DNA of 64,000 nucleotides, from assembly GCF_009914755.1 (NCBI RefSeq), contig NC_060936.1, one strand, 5' to 3'. This document shows, one piece after another, positions 51,986-64,000 of this stretch. The stretch is from the human T2T-CHM13v2.0 reference genome, Homo sapiens. A program made the position numbers and the translations under genes. The notes under the pieces were generated by a model. It worked only from the letters and a program-made list of their open reading frames with translations, ran no database searches and was not told the DNA's origin. The first letter of the stretch is position 1, and every line of letters starts with the position of its first letter.

Positions 51986-52273
51986 TTTTTTTTTTTTGAG
52001 ACGGAGTCTTGCTCTGTCACCAGGCTGGAGTGCAGTGGTGATCTTGGCTCACTGCAATCCCCACCTCCTGGGTTCAAGTGATTCTCCTGCCTCAGCCTCC
52101 TGAGTAGCTGGGATTACAGGTGCCCGCCATCACGCCTGGTTAATTTTTGTATTTTTAGTAGAGATGGGGTTTCACCATGTTGCCCAGGGTGGTCTCGATC
52201 TCCTGACCTCATGGTCTGCCTGACTCGGGCTTCCAAAGTGCTGGGATTACAGGTGTGAACCACCATGCCTGGC
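51986..52273 (-). mobile_element. AluS (Sc-like)
   Basis: Antisense Alu with TGTCACCAGGCTGG and GGTCTCGATCTCCTGACCTCATG. Confidence 0.9.
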
Positions 52274-52599
52274 TTACTCTTTCCATTTTAAAATTTGTTT
52301 TCTAGTTGTTTTGTAGTCTTCTCTTTCTTCTTTCCTTCCTTCCTGTCTTCCTTTAATTTGATCACCTTCCTTTAAGGTGATTTTCTCTCGTGGTATGTTT
52401 TAATTTCTTGCTTTCTATTTTTTGTTATCTGTTTTATGTTGTTTTTGTTTGAGGTTACCATGAGGCTTGCAAATAACATCTTATAACCCATTATTTTAAG
52501 CTAATGATAACAACGCTGGTTACATATACAAACCAACTAGCAAGCAAAGAGAAAACTTATAAGAATTCTACAATTTAACTTCATCCTCCTACTCTTTAA

Positions 52600-52903
<304 letters not shown>

Positions 52904-55569
52904 CTCTTTAACTTTTTGTTGTTTCTATTTATATCTTATTGTATTGTCTTTGCCTTGAAAAGTTGTAGATATAATTTTTGATCAATTCATCTTTTAGTCT
53001 TTCTGTTCAAGGTATGAGTAATTTACACACCAAAATTACAGTGTTGTAATATTCTGTTTCTTTCTGTATATTTACTATTACCAGTGAGTTTTGTACCTTC
53101 AGATGATTTCTTTTTTCTCGTTAATGTCCTTTTCTTTCAGATTGAAGAATTCCTTTTAGTATTTCTTGTATTCCCACTGGCTCTGCTGGTGCTCCAGTAC
53201 AGCACCAAGACTTGTACAGGAATTGCAGTCCTTGTGGCCTAGACAACCTTTCAGGTTTATGTAGGTCTCCAGAGCACTTCAGCTCATAGTGGCAGCGCTT
53301 TCTGGAACTCAGGTTCCAACTACTGTGATGGACAATTCCTTTCTGGCCAGGGTTGGTCTAATTGCTTCCTCTGTGGGTACTAGCTGAGTTTTGCCCTGTG
53401 TTGCTTTCCATTGTTACAGGGCAGCACTGAGTTCCAATGCAAAGTACCGCAATCACTGTGCTCTCTTTCCTCTAAGCACAGAGATGCTCACTCCATGCCA
53501 TGCAGCCACTGCCAGATGATAGGGGAGAGGTGATGGTAGCTATTCAAAACTATCTTTTCTACCCTCTTCAGTGCCTCTTTCAGTGATATGATGTTAAACT
53601 GGGTACTGTGATAGCTCACCTGCTTTTTGGTATTTACGAAGGTGCCTTTTTTTTTTTTTTTTTTTTGATGTGGATAGTGGTTCAGTTTGGTGTTCCCATG
53701 GGGAGAACAATTGGTGGTGGCTTCTGTTTGATCATTTTGATCTGCCATGATCTATGAGAGAAATTTAACTGAGATTTGGAAGGTGGAAGTGTAGCAGTAG
53801 CCAGATGCCTGTATAGGACCAAATGATCTACTGGCTTGTCTTAGCTGGGTTGTGTAGAGCCATAGCCAGGCCAGCTCTCTGTGCCTCCCCTCCTTTTCTC
53901 TGTCTCTACCCTCCTTCAGCTTTTCTGAATCCTGTCTTTGGCTTTGTGGTAAAGGATATCTACTATTCTTCATGTCACTCACACCAAGAAGGAGGGAGGT
54001 GGTGGGAGAAATGAGGGTTCTAGTTTGTCCTTGTTTATTCCATTTTGTTCTCATAAGTTGCCCCTTGTTTTTGTTCTCCCCCATTTCAAACCCATATTTT
54101 CTTCTGTGCTACTGGCCCTGCAGACTTCAGGCCGAGCTCTGGAGGCAGAAGCAACAGCTTACCCAATTGCAAAGGATTTAATCTTTACAATCAATTCTTT
54201 ATTCTGTGTCATTCATCATGTTTCTTGCCTGTGATTAAACCCTAACTGACATTGCTCTTATTAAACCTATTGGTTTAATTGATTAATTGATTAGTTGTGA
54301 CATTAAAATTTTTCTCCACATAAGAATTTTAGACAGTGACAAAATAGACTGTTTAGCCAGTTTTAATAAATCAGCAGGATATTCTTTGCTGAAAAAAGTC
54401 CCATTTTTAAAGAAATGTTTCCTGTAGTAGAATGTCATGTCCAAGAAAGTGACTTTTGCAATAAATGATTTCTAGAGAGTTTTTTTTCAAATAATGATAC
54501 TATTTATACTTTAATTGCTTTAGTAAAGAAGGTAACTTTTTTTTAAACTGGTAGTTAACTCAAAACACTTAGAGTTTTATATGGCAGCATTCAAAAGGAA
54601 GTCACTTTTCTGGATATTTGAGAGCTCTAATATAGACATTACTCTAGAGATCATGGTATTAATGATCTAATCCAAAAAATAGGTCTTCTATGTGAGTAGA
54701 AGTGGCAGCCCCAAATATATCTTTTTCGTTTTATTCACAAGGAGCTCCAAACCTAAATATTTTTAAAAAATATATTTAAATACGTAGTACACAGCCTTTT
54801 AAAACATACCTTCTAAATGTTTCTTACCTTAAAGGATACGATGAAGACAAAAAAAGTGAAAGCTAACAACAACAACAACAACAAACCACACTGTCTTGAG
54901 TTACACATTTAAAAAAGAAAAATATTTAGTCCTAATCCCTGGTTGCAACTGTTAATCTGGTAGATAAATCAACATTCATACCCGAGGTTAATTTTTTTAA
55001 GTTAAGTTTAATTTATAGTATACACAGGCAATACTGTTTTTGAAACTGGAGACTTAGCAAACCTACTGGAAACAGGTTGTGGTAGTGCTGTGTACACTAG
55101 AATGAACTGAATTTAATCTCGGGTAATGGGAAGCCACTGTAGTTTCTTGCACCAGAAAGTAAAATTCCAAGGAATTACTTGAGCAGGGAAGTGAATATTT
55201 CTGGAAGATTAATCCTAGGGAGCTGTGAAAGATATGTCAAAAATTGTATTTGAGTACAATAGTAATAAATATCTATTAAAATATTCTCTCTATATTAAAA
55301 ATAATACATTTTCATTAGAGAAATTTGAAAAACTCAGAGAAGTAGAAAGAAGAATATTACAAAACTCATAAAATGTCATAATTGAATCCCAATGTTAGCA
55401 TTTTGGCATATTTTCTTCTCACCTTTTTTCCTGTTAGGGTAACAAAGTTTTAAACATGATGTGTATATACTTTTTATCATAATGTCTTCTCATCCTTGAA
55501 ATTTATAAGATTCATAATGAGATTTTTTATAATGTTTAAATTCATTAATACTTTTGAGCATATATTTTT

Positions 55570-55980
55570 ACCTTTTTAAAAACAAGTTTATTAAGGTATA
55601 ATTTTATACAATAAACTTCTCAAATATATCCACTTCTGAAATGGATAATTTGATGAGTTATGACAGAAATATATATATATCCATGAAACTGCCGTCACAA
55701 TCAAGATATTGAACATTTCCATTATCTCCAAAGGTTTTATCATGCCTCATTACAATCATCCTTCCCCAGGCAGCCACTGATCTATTTTATAACTTTGTGT
55801 GTATTTTCTGGTATTTTATATAAAAGGAATCTTACAATATATACTCTATTTTTTGGTCTGGCTTCTTTCATTCAGCATAACACATTTGAGACTCATCTAT
55901 ATTGTTACATGATCAGTGGTTTGTTCCTTTTTATCACTGAGTGGTATGCTGTTGTACAGGCATATAATTTTCTTCATAAA
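55570..55980 (-). mobile_element. Old L1M (MB/ME) 3'UTR fragment
   Basis: TTTATTAAGGTATAATTTTATAC...CACAATCAAGATATTGAACATTTCCAT...CCCCAGGCAGCCACTGATCT. Confidence 0.75.
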
Positions 55981-56688
55981 ATGTGCACAGAACAACAAAA
56001 CCACTGTGAGATTCAGATACCAGGCACCTCCTGTATTTTAGCCTCCATACATCTAATTCGTAGTGCCTCTGAATCAAATTAATGCCTCACCATAATTGCA
56101 TATTCTTATAAGCCATATAATTAAGGTCACCTGCAAGTGGTAAAAATCCCTAATGTTCAATGAATTTATTCATACATTTAAGATATGTAAGTTTTCCAGG
56201 CCTTCTTCTAGGTACTTGAGATACATCAGCAAACCAAATAACTTTTTTTGTTCAGATCATATTGTCATAGGAGAAGATAGGAGATTTTGTTTACAATAAA
56301 TAGTAAACATAAACGTGTAAGTCATCCAATTTGTTAGAAGGTGATAAGTTCTGCATAAAAAGGAAAAAATAGAGCTGGGAACAACAGATTGGGAGTGCTG
56401 GGTATATGTTTGTGGGATAGAAGTAGTTGCAAGATTAAATAGAGTGATCAGGTTAGGCCTCAGTGAGATCTAAACGTAAAGTCTGATAATGTCAAGGATC
56501 TACATTTTATGGTATTATCTATGTAATTCTTTGTTAATATTATATGACTGTAATATTCAATTGAGTGATTATATCATACTTTGCTTATTCAGAGCTACGG
56601 TGGAACATTTAGATTACTTCTAATTTTCACAACTGTATTTAATGGTGCTATAAACGTTATGAGCAAAGTTTTTGAACTGTACATGTTT

Positions 56689-56802
56689 GCAGGCATGGTG
56701 GCACATGTCTGTAGTCCCAGCTTTTTGTGAAGCTGAGGTTGGCAGGATCTTGAGCCCAGGAGTTAATTCTTGCAACATAACAAGATGCTGTCTCTAAAAA
56801 AA
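56689..56802 (+). mobile_element. Degenerate Alu monomer (FLAM-like)
   Basis: GGCATGGTGGCACATGTCTGTAGTCCCAGCT...CTTGAGCCCAGGAGTT. Confidence 0.7.
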
Positions 56803-57599
56803 GAGAAATCATTGAATTGTCCATTGTTTACTTAGCATGGATTTAGAAAAGTAAAGTTACTGTAACAAAAGATATGAACTTTTTTCTTTTAAAGTTTTAG
56901 GTTTTTAAATGTTGAGTCATTATTGTATTCCTAATATAAATCCTCCTCAGATATGATATATCCTTGTTTCCTAAAAACACTGCTAGATTCAATTTGTTAA
57001 TATTTTATTTAAGATTTTCCACACATTTAAAAAATAAAATTGACTTGTAATTTATTTTCTTGTGCTTTTTTTTAAGCATTGGTACTAAGATTACTTTATC
57101 ATCATAAAATAAATGGGCAGCTTCTCCTCTATTTTTCTATTCTCTGGAATCGTTTTGTATAGAGAGTTTTGTTTCTTTGAAATCTTCTGTTCTGGATCTT
57201 TGTGGTGCAAGAGGTTCCTTCCAGGTTGTTTATATGTATTTGAATTTTTTATTTCACTTATGCTTTCTTATGGTTGTTTCCATGGGTTTTCTAATTAATT
57301 GAGCTGAATGCTTACCTATTAAAAAAACTGGACCTCAGGTGCCCATGATAGAGTTGGTTATATTTTTGGTATTAGGACAAGTGAACATCACCAGGCAAGA
57401 ACTTCACCCATTGAATTGCTTGTTGGTTCCCTTCACATACCATCTTTAATACTCCTTTATCCCTCCAACATACACTCCTATGTATTTAATGTATTCCTTC
57501 TATTCATTGTTCATACACTTACATATTTTTGTTCTTTAAAAGTATATAGTATTTTAAAGTATGTAGCATTTTTTAATGCTTTTAAAATCTACATAAATG

Positions 57600-60500
57600 A
57601 TTTCTGGCCAAGACAGAATAACAGGAATAACGGCCTGAAACAAACAAAACAAAACTAGACAGAATAGTTTAGCCAATGGTTTTCCAGATAATGGAAATCA
57701 TACAATATAAAAGTGATCCCTGAAAGATGGGGAAAAAATGAGGTGATCCCTATGATTTGCCCAGCTTTCCAGACCATGGTACAGAACATGGGGAACCCAG
57801 GAGGGTCCTGGAAGACTCCCTGAGTGGAAGAGATGGAACTGAGAATCTGGGGAGACCAAGGTGGCCTGAGTTTGCAGAACAGAGTATTAGAGAGGAGTGA
57901 GCCACAAAAATAAAACAAAACAAAACAAAACACAGAACCCTGGGAGGGTGTCCTTGAGTATTTAGCAGAGTATTGATCAGGGCATATGTGTGAAGGAATT
58001 ACCTGAGACCAGAGAAAGAATCATCAAAAATAATTGCATAGCCGCACACACAAAAATACCTGGGAATACATCTAACCAAGGAGGTGAAAGATCTCTACAA
58101 GGAAAACTACAAAACACTGCTGAAAGAAATCATAAATGACGCAAACGGAAACACATTCCATGCTCATGGATTAAAAGATCGGTGTTGTTAAAAATGGCCT
58201 TACTGCCCAAAGCAATCTACAGATTCAATGCTATTCCTATCAAGCTACAAATGCCATTCTTCACAAATTAAAAAAAACCCTATTCTAAAATTCATATGGA
58301 ACCAAAAATGAGCCCAATTAGCCAAAGTAATCCTAAGCTAAAAGAACAAAGCCAGAGGCATCACATTATCCAACTTCAAACTATCAGGCTACGGTACCCC
58401 AAATAGGGTGATACTGGTCCAAAAACAGACACAAGGAACACTGGAACAGAATAGAGAATGCAGAAATAAAGCTACACACCTACAGCCATCTGATCTTTGA
58501 CAAAGTCTACAAAAATAAGTAATGAGAAGAGGAATCCCTATTTAATAAATGGTGCTGGGATAGCTGGTTAGCCCTACTCAGAAGAATGAAACTGGACCTG
58601 TACCTTTCACCATATACAAAAGTTAAGATGAATTAAAGATTTAAATGTAAGACCTCAAACTATAAGAATCCTGGAAGGAAACCCAGGAAACACCACTCTG
58701 GACATTGGCTTTGGGAAAGAATTTATGAGCAAGTCCTGAAAAGCAATTGTGACATAACTGAAAATTGACAAGTGGGGCCTAATTAAACTAAAGAGCTTCT
58801 GCACAGCCAAAGAAACGATCAACAGAGTAAACAGGCAGCCTACAGAATGGGAGAAAATATTTGCAAACTATGAATCTGACAAAGGTCTATTATCCAGAAT
58901 CAAAGGAACTTAAACAATTAAACAAGCAAAAACCAAATAAGCCTATTAAAAAGTAGGCAAAAGACATGAACACTTCTCAAAAAGAAGACATAGAAGCAGC
59001 CAACAAACATATGAAAAAATGTTCTTTCTCACTAATCATCAAAGAAATGCAAATCAAAACCACAATGAGATACTTACACCAGTCAGAATGGCTATTATCA
59101 AAACGTTAAAAAATAACAGATGCTGGTAAAGCTGCAGAGAAAAGAGAATGCTTATACACTGTTGGTGGGAATGTAAATTAGCTCAGCTACTGTGGAAAGC
59201 AGTTTGGAGATTTCTCAAATAACTTAGAACAACCATTTGGCTCAGCAATCCTATTACTAGGTATATGTCCAAAAGAAAATAAATCATTCTATTAAAAAGA
59301 CACATGTACTCATATGTTCATTGCAGCACAATTCACAATAGCAAAGACATAAAATCAACCTAGGTGCCCATCAATGGTGGATTGGATGAAGAAATGTGGT
59401 ACATACACACCATGGACTATTATGCAGCCATGATAAAAATGAAATCATGTCATTTGCAGCAACATGGATTCAGTTGGAGGCATTATCCTGAGCAAATTAA
59501 CACAGAAACAGAAAACCATGTGCATGTTCTCACTTACAAGTTGGAGCTAAGCAATGAGTACTCATGGACATAAAGATGGCAACAATAGACACTAGAGGAG
59601 TAAGGGAGAGAAGGGGGCAAGGGGTTGAAAAACCATTAGGTACTATGCTCACTACTTGAGTGATGAGATCACTTATATTCCAAACCCCTGCATCACACAA
59701 TATACGTACATAACAAACTTGCATACATATCTCCTGAGTCTAAAATAAAATTTGAAATGTATATATATGTACAGAGAGACATTGTGTGTATATATATATG
59801 TGTGTGTATATATATACACACACACAGACATTGTATAGTGGGTCCTGGAAGACTCCCTGAGTGCAAGAGATGGAACTGAGAATCTGGGGGGACTAAGGTG
59901 GCCTGAGTTTGCAGAACAGAGTATTAGGAGTGAGCTGCAAAAAAAACAGAACCCTGGAAATGTGCAGAGGATGCCCTTGAGTATTTAGCAGAGTATTGAT
60001 CAGAGCATATGTATGAAGGAATTACCTGAGACCAGAGAAAGAATGTTCTTACCACCTAGTCTGATAAACTTCTACATTTGCAGCACATTGAGTACTCGGA
60101 AGGGTCTTGCCTCAGTAGTGGGAAATAATTAGCCCTAGAATAATTGTGGTACCATTCCTGCCTAACACATCTTAAAAGCAAGAAATGATCAGTGTTTAGC
60201 CATAACTTAACTGATAAACTGTATTCCAGATTTGCCAACTGATTTGTTCTGTATTCCAGAACAAAGCTCAACAACATTCATAGAAACACAAAAAGATCCA
60301 GTACCCAGCAAGATAAAATTGGATACTGAGCATTTAATCCAGGATTACCAAGCATGCAAAGAAGCAGGACAACATGATCCATCATCATGCAATTGAAACT
60401 AACAAGAACTGACACAGATGTTAAATTTTTTTAGACAAGGACATTAAAGCAATGATTAAACTACGTCATATGTTCAAAAACTCAAGTAGAGGTATAAATA

Positions 60501-61320
60501 ATATTTTTTAAAAGGCTAAGTTGAACTTTTAGGGTTTAAAACTAAAATGTGTGGAATTTTAAAAACCGCTGTATGGGGATTAATGGCAGATGACATATCA
60601 CAGATGAAAAGATTAGTGAATATGACAATATTGCTGTAGAAACGCTCCAAAAGAAAACATTCAGAGATTTAACAGGGAGATTACAAAAATGAAAACAGAA
60701 AGAGTTGGCTGTGAGACAACTTCAGGTAGCCTAATATACATGTAATTCGGGTCTCTAAAGTAAACAGGGGTGGGGGAAATAGAAGGAACATTTGGAGAAA
60801 TAGTGGCTGAAAAATTTCCAAATTTAATGTACCCTATAAACCCACTGACCTAAACATTTCAAAGAACGCTAGTGAAAGAAAGAGGAAAAAAGAATACCAC
60901 TAAGGCACATCATAATTAAACTGCTCAAAACCAGTGTTAAAGAGGAAATATTAAAAGCAGCCAGAGAATATGTCACATGTGTACAGAGGAACAAAGAATA
61001 GGATGAAAACAGATTTCTCTCTGAAAACAGTGTAAATCTTTAAGGTCCTGAAAGAAAAAAGTCCACTTGGAACTCTATACCCAGCAAACATATCTTTCAA
61101 AATCAAAGAAAAATTAAAGAGGATTTGAAACATCTGAAAGCTAAAAAAATTTATCACCAGCAGACCTGCACTAAGTGGAATGCTCAAAGAATTTATTCAG
61201 GTGGAAGGAAAATGCTACCATATAAAAATATGGATATACAAAAAGAAACAAAGAATATTGGAAGTGGTAAAATGGGTAAAAATGAGTTTTTCTTATTGTG
61301 TAGATGCCTTAAACTATAAT
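57600..61320 (+). mobile_element. Old L1M (MD/ME-like) 5'UTR-ORF1 region interrupted by a younger L1
   Basis: ORF1-like motifs (GAAATAGTGGCTGAAAAATTTCCAAATTT; GGCACATCATAATTAAACTGCTCAAAACCAG; GAACTCTATACCCAGCAAA). Confidence 0.7.
58040..59757 (+). mobile_element. 5'-truncated L1PA16/L1PB-age element
   Basis: ORF2 3' half (GCAATCTACAGATTCAATGC, TTTAATAAATGGTGCTGGGA) plus 3'UTR ending CTAAAATAAAATTTGAAAT, followed by a (TA)/(TG)/(CA) tail to ~59835. Confidence 0.9.
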
Positions 61321-61559
61321 TAGATATCCATTCTCATAGTGATGAATGCCTAGATTGTCTCCAAACCTTCCTAACACTCTGTAAATTGTAATAAGCCTTC
61401 TCTTATGTGTCTATGCAGGGTTCCCCTAAGGATGTATACTTCTTAGAAAGCTAGAATTAGAGAGGAACTTCTGGATAACAAAAGTTCTTTGCCAAAAGCC
61501 TTTGTATGTAACAGAGAAACTTTGGATACATTTTACTTTATGTTGGGAAAGAGAGAAGC

Positions 61560-62880
61560 AGGACCACTTTCACTGCTACTGTCCAACACAGCACTACAGG
61601 TCCTGGATACTGCAATCAGTTAAAAAAATATATACACAAGACTTTTATTGGATAGGCAAAATTTTCAGATAAAATAATTATTTCATAGACAACCCAAGAG
61701 AGGTCAGTAAGATTGTTGAATGCAAAATCCAATAATAGTTCTCTATTCCAGTAAAGACCAATTAAAAATGTAATAGATACTATTTGCAATAAAACAAAAA
61801 CTATAAAGCACTTAGGTGATTTACTAATAAAGGTTGCACAAGATCCTCATGGAAAATATTTTAAAAATTTCTATTAAGGGACATGAAATAATAATAAATG
61901 GAGAGATATAGTCATTGTTAGAACATGTTAAAGATTACGTTTTAGACTGGGCGCGGTGGCTCACGCCTGTAATCCCAGCACTTTAGGGGGCTGAGGTGGG
62001 CGGATCATGAGGTCAGGAGTTTGAGACCAGCCTGGCCAACATGGTGAAACCCTGTCTCTACTAAAAATACAAAAATTAGCCAGGCGCGGTGGTGGGTGCC
62101 TGTAATCCCAGCTACTCGGGAGGCTGAGGCTGAGGTAGAATTGCTTGAACCCGGGAGGCGGAGGTTGCAGTGAGCCAAGATCACACCGCTGCCCTCCAGC
62201 CTAGGTGATAGAGAAAAAGAAAAACAAAAGTCTTACCCAGGTTACTCTATAAATTCAATGCTGAGGTAATTTTGAAAAAGAACAGAAGTGCAGGATTGCC
62301 ATATTAGATATGAAGAAATAATGCAAAGCCATAGTTATAAAGATAGTATTGTACTGGTATTGGGCCCAGCAAATAGGCTAATGGCAGTATAAGAGGGGAA
62401 AGGATTGATTATTTAGAATAAGGTCTCCAGAGAGATGAACAACTAAACCGAGGAAAATATAGGAGAATATCTTCATGACCATGGAATGTGAAAGGATTTG
62501 TCAAATGAAACAAAAAAGCACTAGGGGCAACATTAATGGATTTACCTACATCAAAATCAGAGATTTCTGTCAATTGAAAAACACCACAATGGATGAAATA
62601 CTGGGGGTAATATTTGTAAACTAACAAGGAAAGTTCAAAAAATGCGATAGAAAAATGAGCACAGGGTATGGCTATTAAGTACAGGAAATATTCTCAAACT
62701 CACTCTTACTCAGAAAAATACAAATTAATATGTGACTGCAAACAACTTCATACCACTGAACAAAAATGGAAAAACTAGATATTATCAACTGCTAGTGAAG
62801 ATAAAGGGAGACTTGAAACTTTATGTACTCCTGGTGGATTGTAAACTGGAGACACCATTTTATAAAGCAATGTGGCAAAA
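61560..62880 (+). mobile_element. Highly decayed L1M ORF2 fragments (interrupted by an Alu)
   Basis: Remnants such as AATAAATGGAGAGATATA, TATAAATTCAATGC, TATTGTACTGGTAT. Confidence 0.6.
61945..62229 (+). mobile_element. AluS (Sg-like)
   Basis: GGATCATGAGGTCAGGAGTTTGAGACCAGCCTGGCCAACATGG. Small GAGGCT duplication. Confidence 0.9.
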
Positions 62881-62985
62881 ATAAGAATTTAGGTCTTTTT
62901 CTACATACTGACAAATAGTTTTCCCAAAAGTACAGTGCCTTACGATGTCTGTTTCTATTGTTTCTATATTTCTTGTACTACTTAA

Positions 62986-63297
<312 letters not shown>

Positions 63298-63514
63298 TCT
63301 ACTTAATGTATTTTAAGTTTACCAAAAATTATATTGTTATTTTCATTTAATTTTTAAATTTATAGCAGTGCTATATATTTTAAATTTGTTAATGAATAGA
63401 TTTTTTTAAAATTATCCCCTTTTCCCATATATCTTTTGGGAACTTTGTGTTTTCCCTTTATTGATTCACATGAGCTTTCATAAGAGTATTTTTATTTTGA
63501 TATATTTGCATGAA

Positions 63515-63920
63515 ATGATTGGATTGTTTTCAGTTGTGCTACAGTTAACAAAATGATCCTCAAATATCGGTTATTCAATGGCTGCTGTCTGGCGACAGCT
63601 CTTTTGAGATTTGCCAGGCTCTGCTCCATATCATTCTAAAATCCCAGCTCAGGGAGCAGCCCACTCTGGGACATACTTTCTTTGTGTAAAGGATAAAAAT
63701 CAAGTGAACAGGTGAAAACATAATGACTCTTAAAGCTTCTGCTCTTAACTGGCATTGTTATTCCTGCTCATACATCATTAGCCAAGGCAAGGAGGGGAAG
63801 CATGTTCCCCCTACAAGGAGGCAAGGCAAGTCACATGGCAATAGGCAGGGATAGGTCATCCTCTCACTGGGAATGGAGTAACGAATGATCAATGATCAAG
63901 GACAATAATACAACCTACTA
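63515..63920 (-). mobile_element. Old MLT1 (I/J-like) LTR
   Basis: GACTCTTAAAGCTTCTGCTC...CATTAGCCAAGGCAAG...AAGTCACATGGC. Confidence 0.6.
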
Positions 63921-64000
63921 TAGAGCTTATTTGCAGATGACTAATTTTTTAAAAAGAATTTAACTCCTTTTATTCCTACCCTTTAATGATGTAACAATGG

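Noticed and set aside
54437-54617. 19-bp imperfect inverted repeat (16/19)
   Set aside because: A rough estimate indicates that matches of this quality arise by chance in 64 kb of AT-rich DNA; no TSD.

Overview
Primate (human-like) AT-rich intronic or intergenic DNA. Much of it is interspersed repeats: AluJ/S/Y, L1PA/PB/MA/M, L2, MIR, MaLR (THE1, MLT1), ERVL and ERVK LTRs, and hAT/Tigger/mariner fossils. I see no credible protein-coding exon or RNA gene. The listed ORFs are retroelement fragments or chance ORFs. Subfamily names come from my recollection of consensus sequences, not from a search, and coordinates of the old elements are approximate. I found no evidence for a novel gene system. 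The unusual signals are structural fossils readable directly from the sequence: (1) a two-step templated insertion at ~31.1 kb, copied from two nearby donors (one inverted, one direct) with microhomology junctions; (2) a THE1 provirus with three LTRs inside one TSD; (3) an L1PA with a 3' transduction; (4) a ~210-bp direct duplication flanking an L1; (5) a zero-spacer Alu-Alu palindrome; (6) a reused, triplicated target site. Repeat-poor blocks at 36.4 and 40.4 kb carry homeodomain-type motif clusters and are enhancer candidates.
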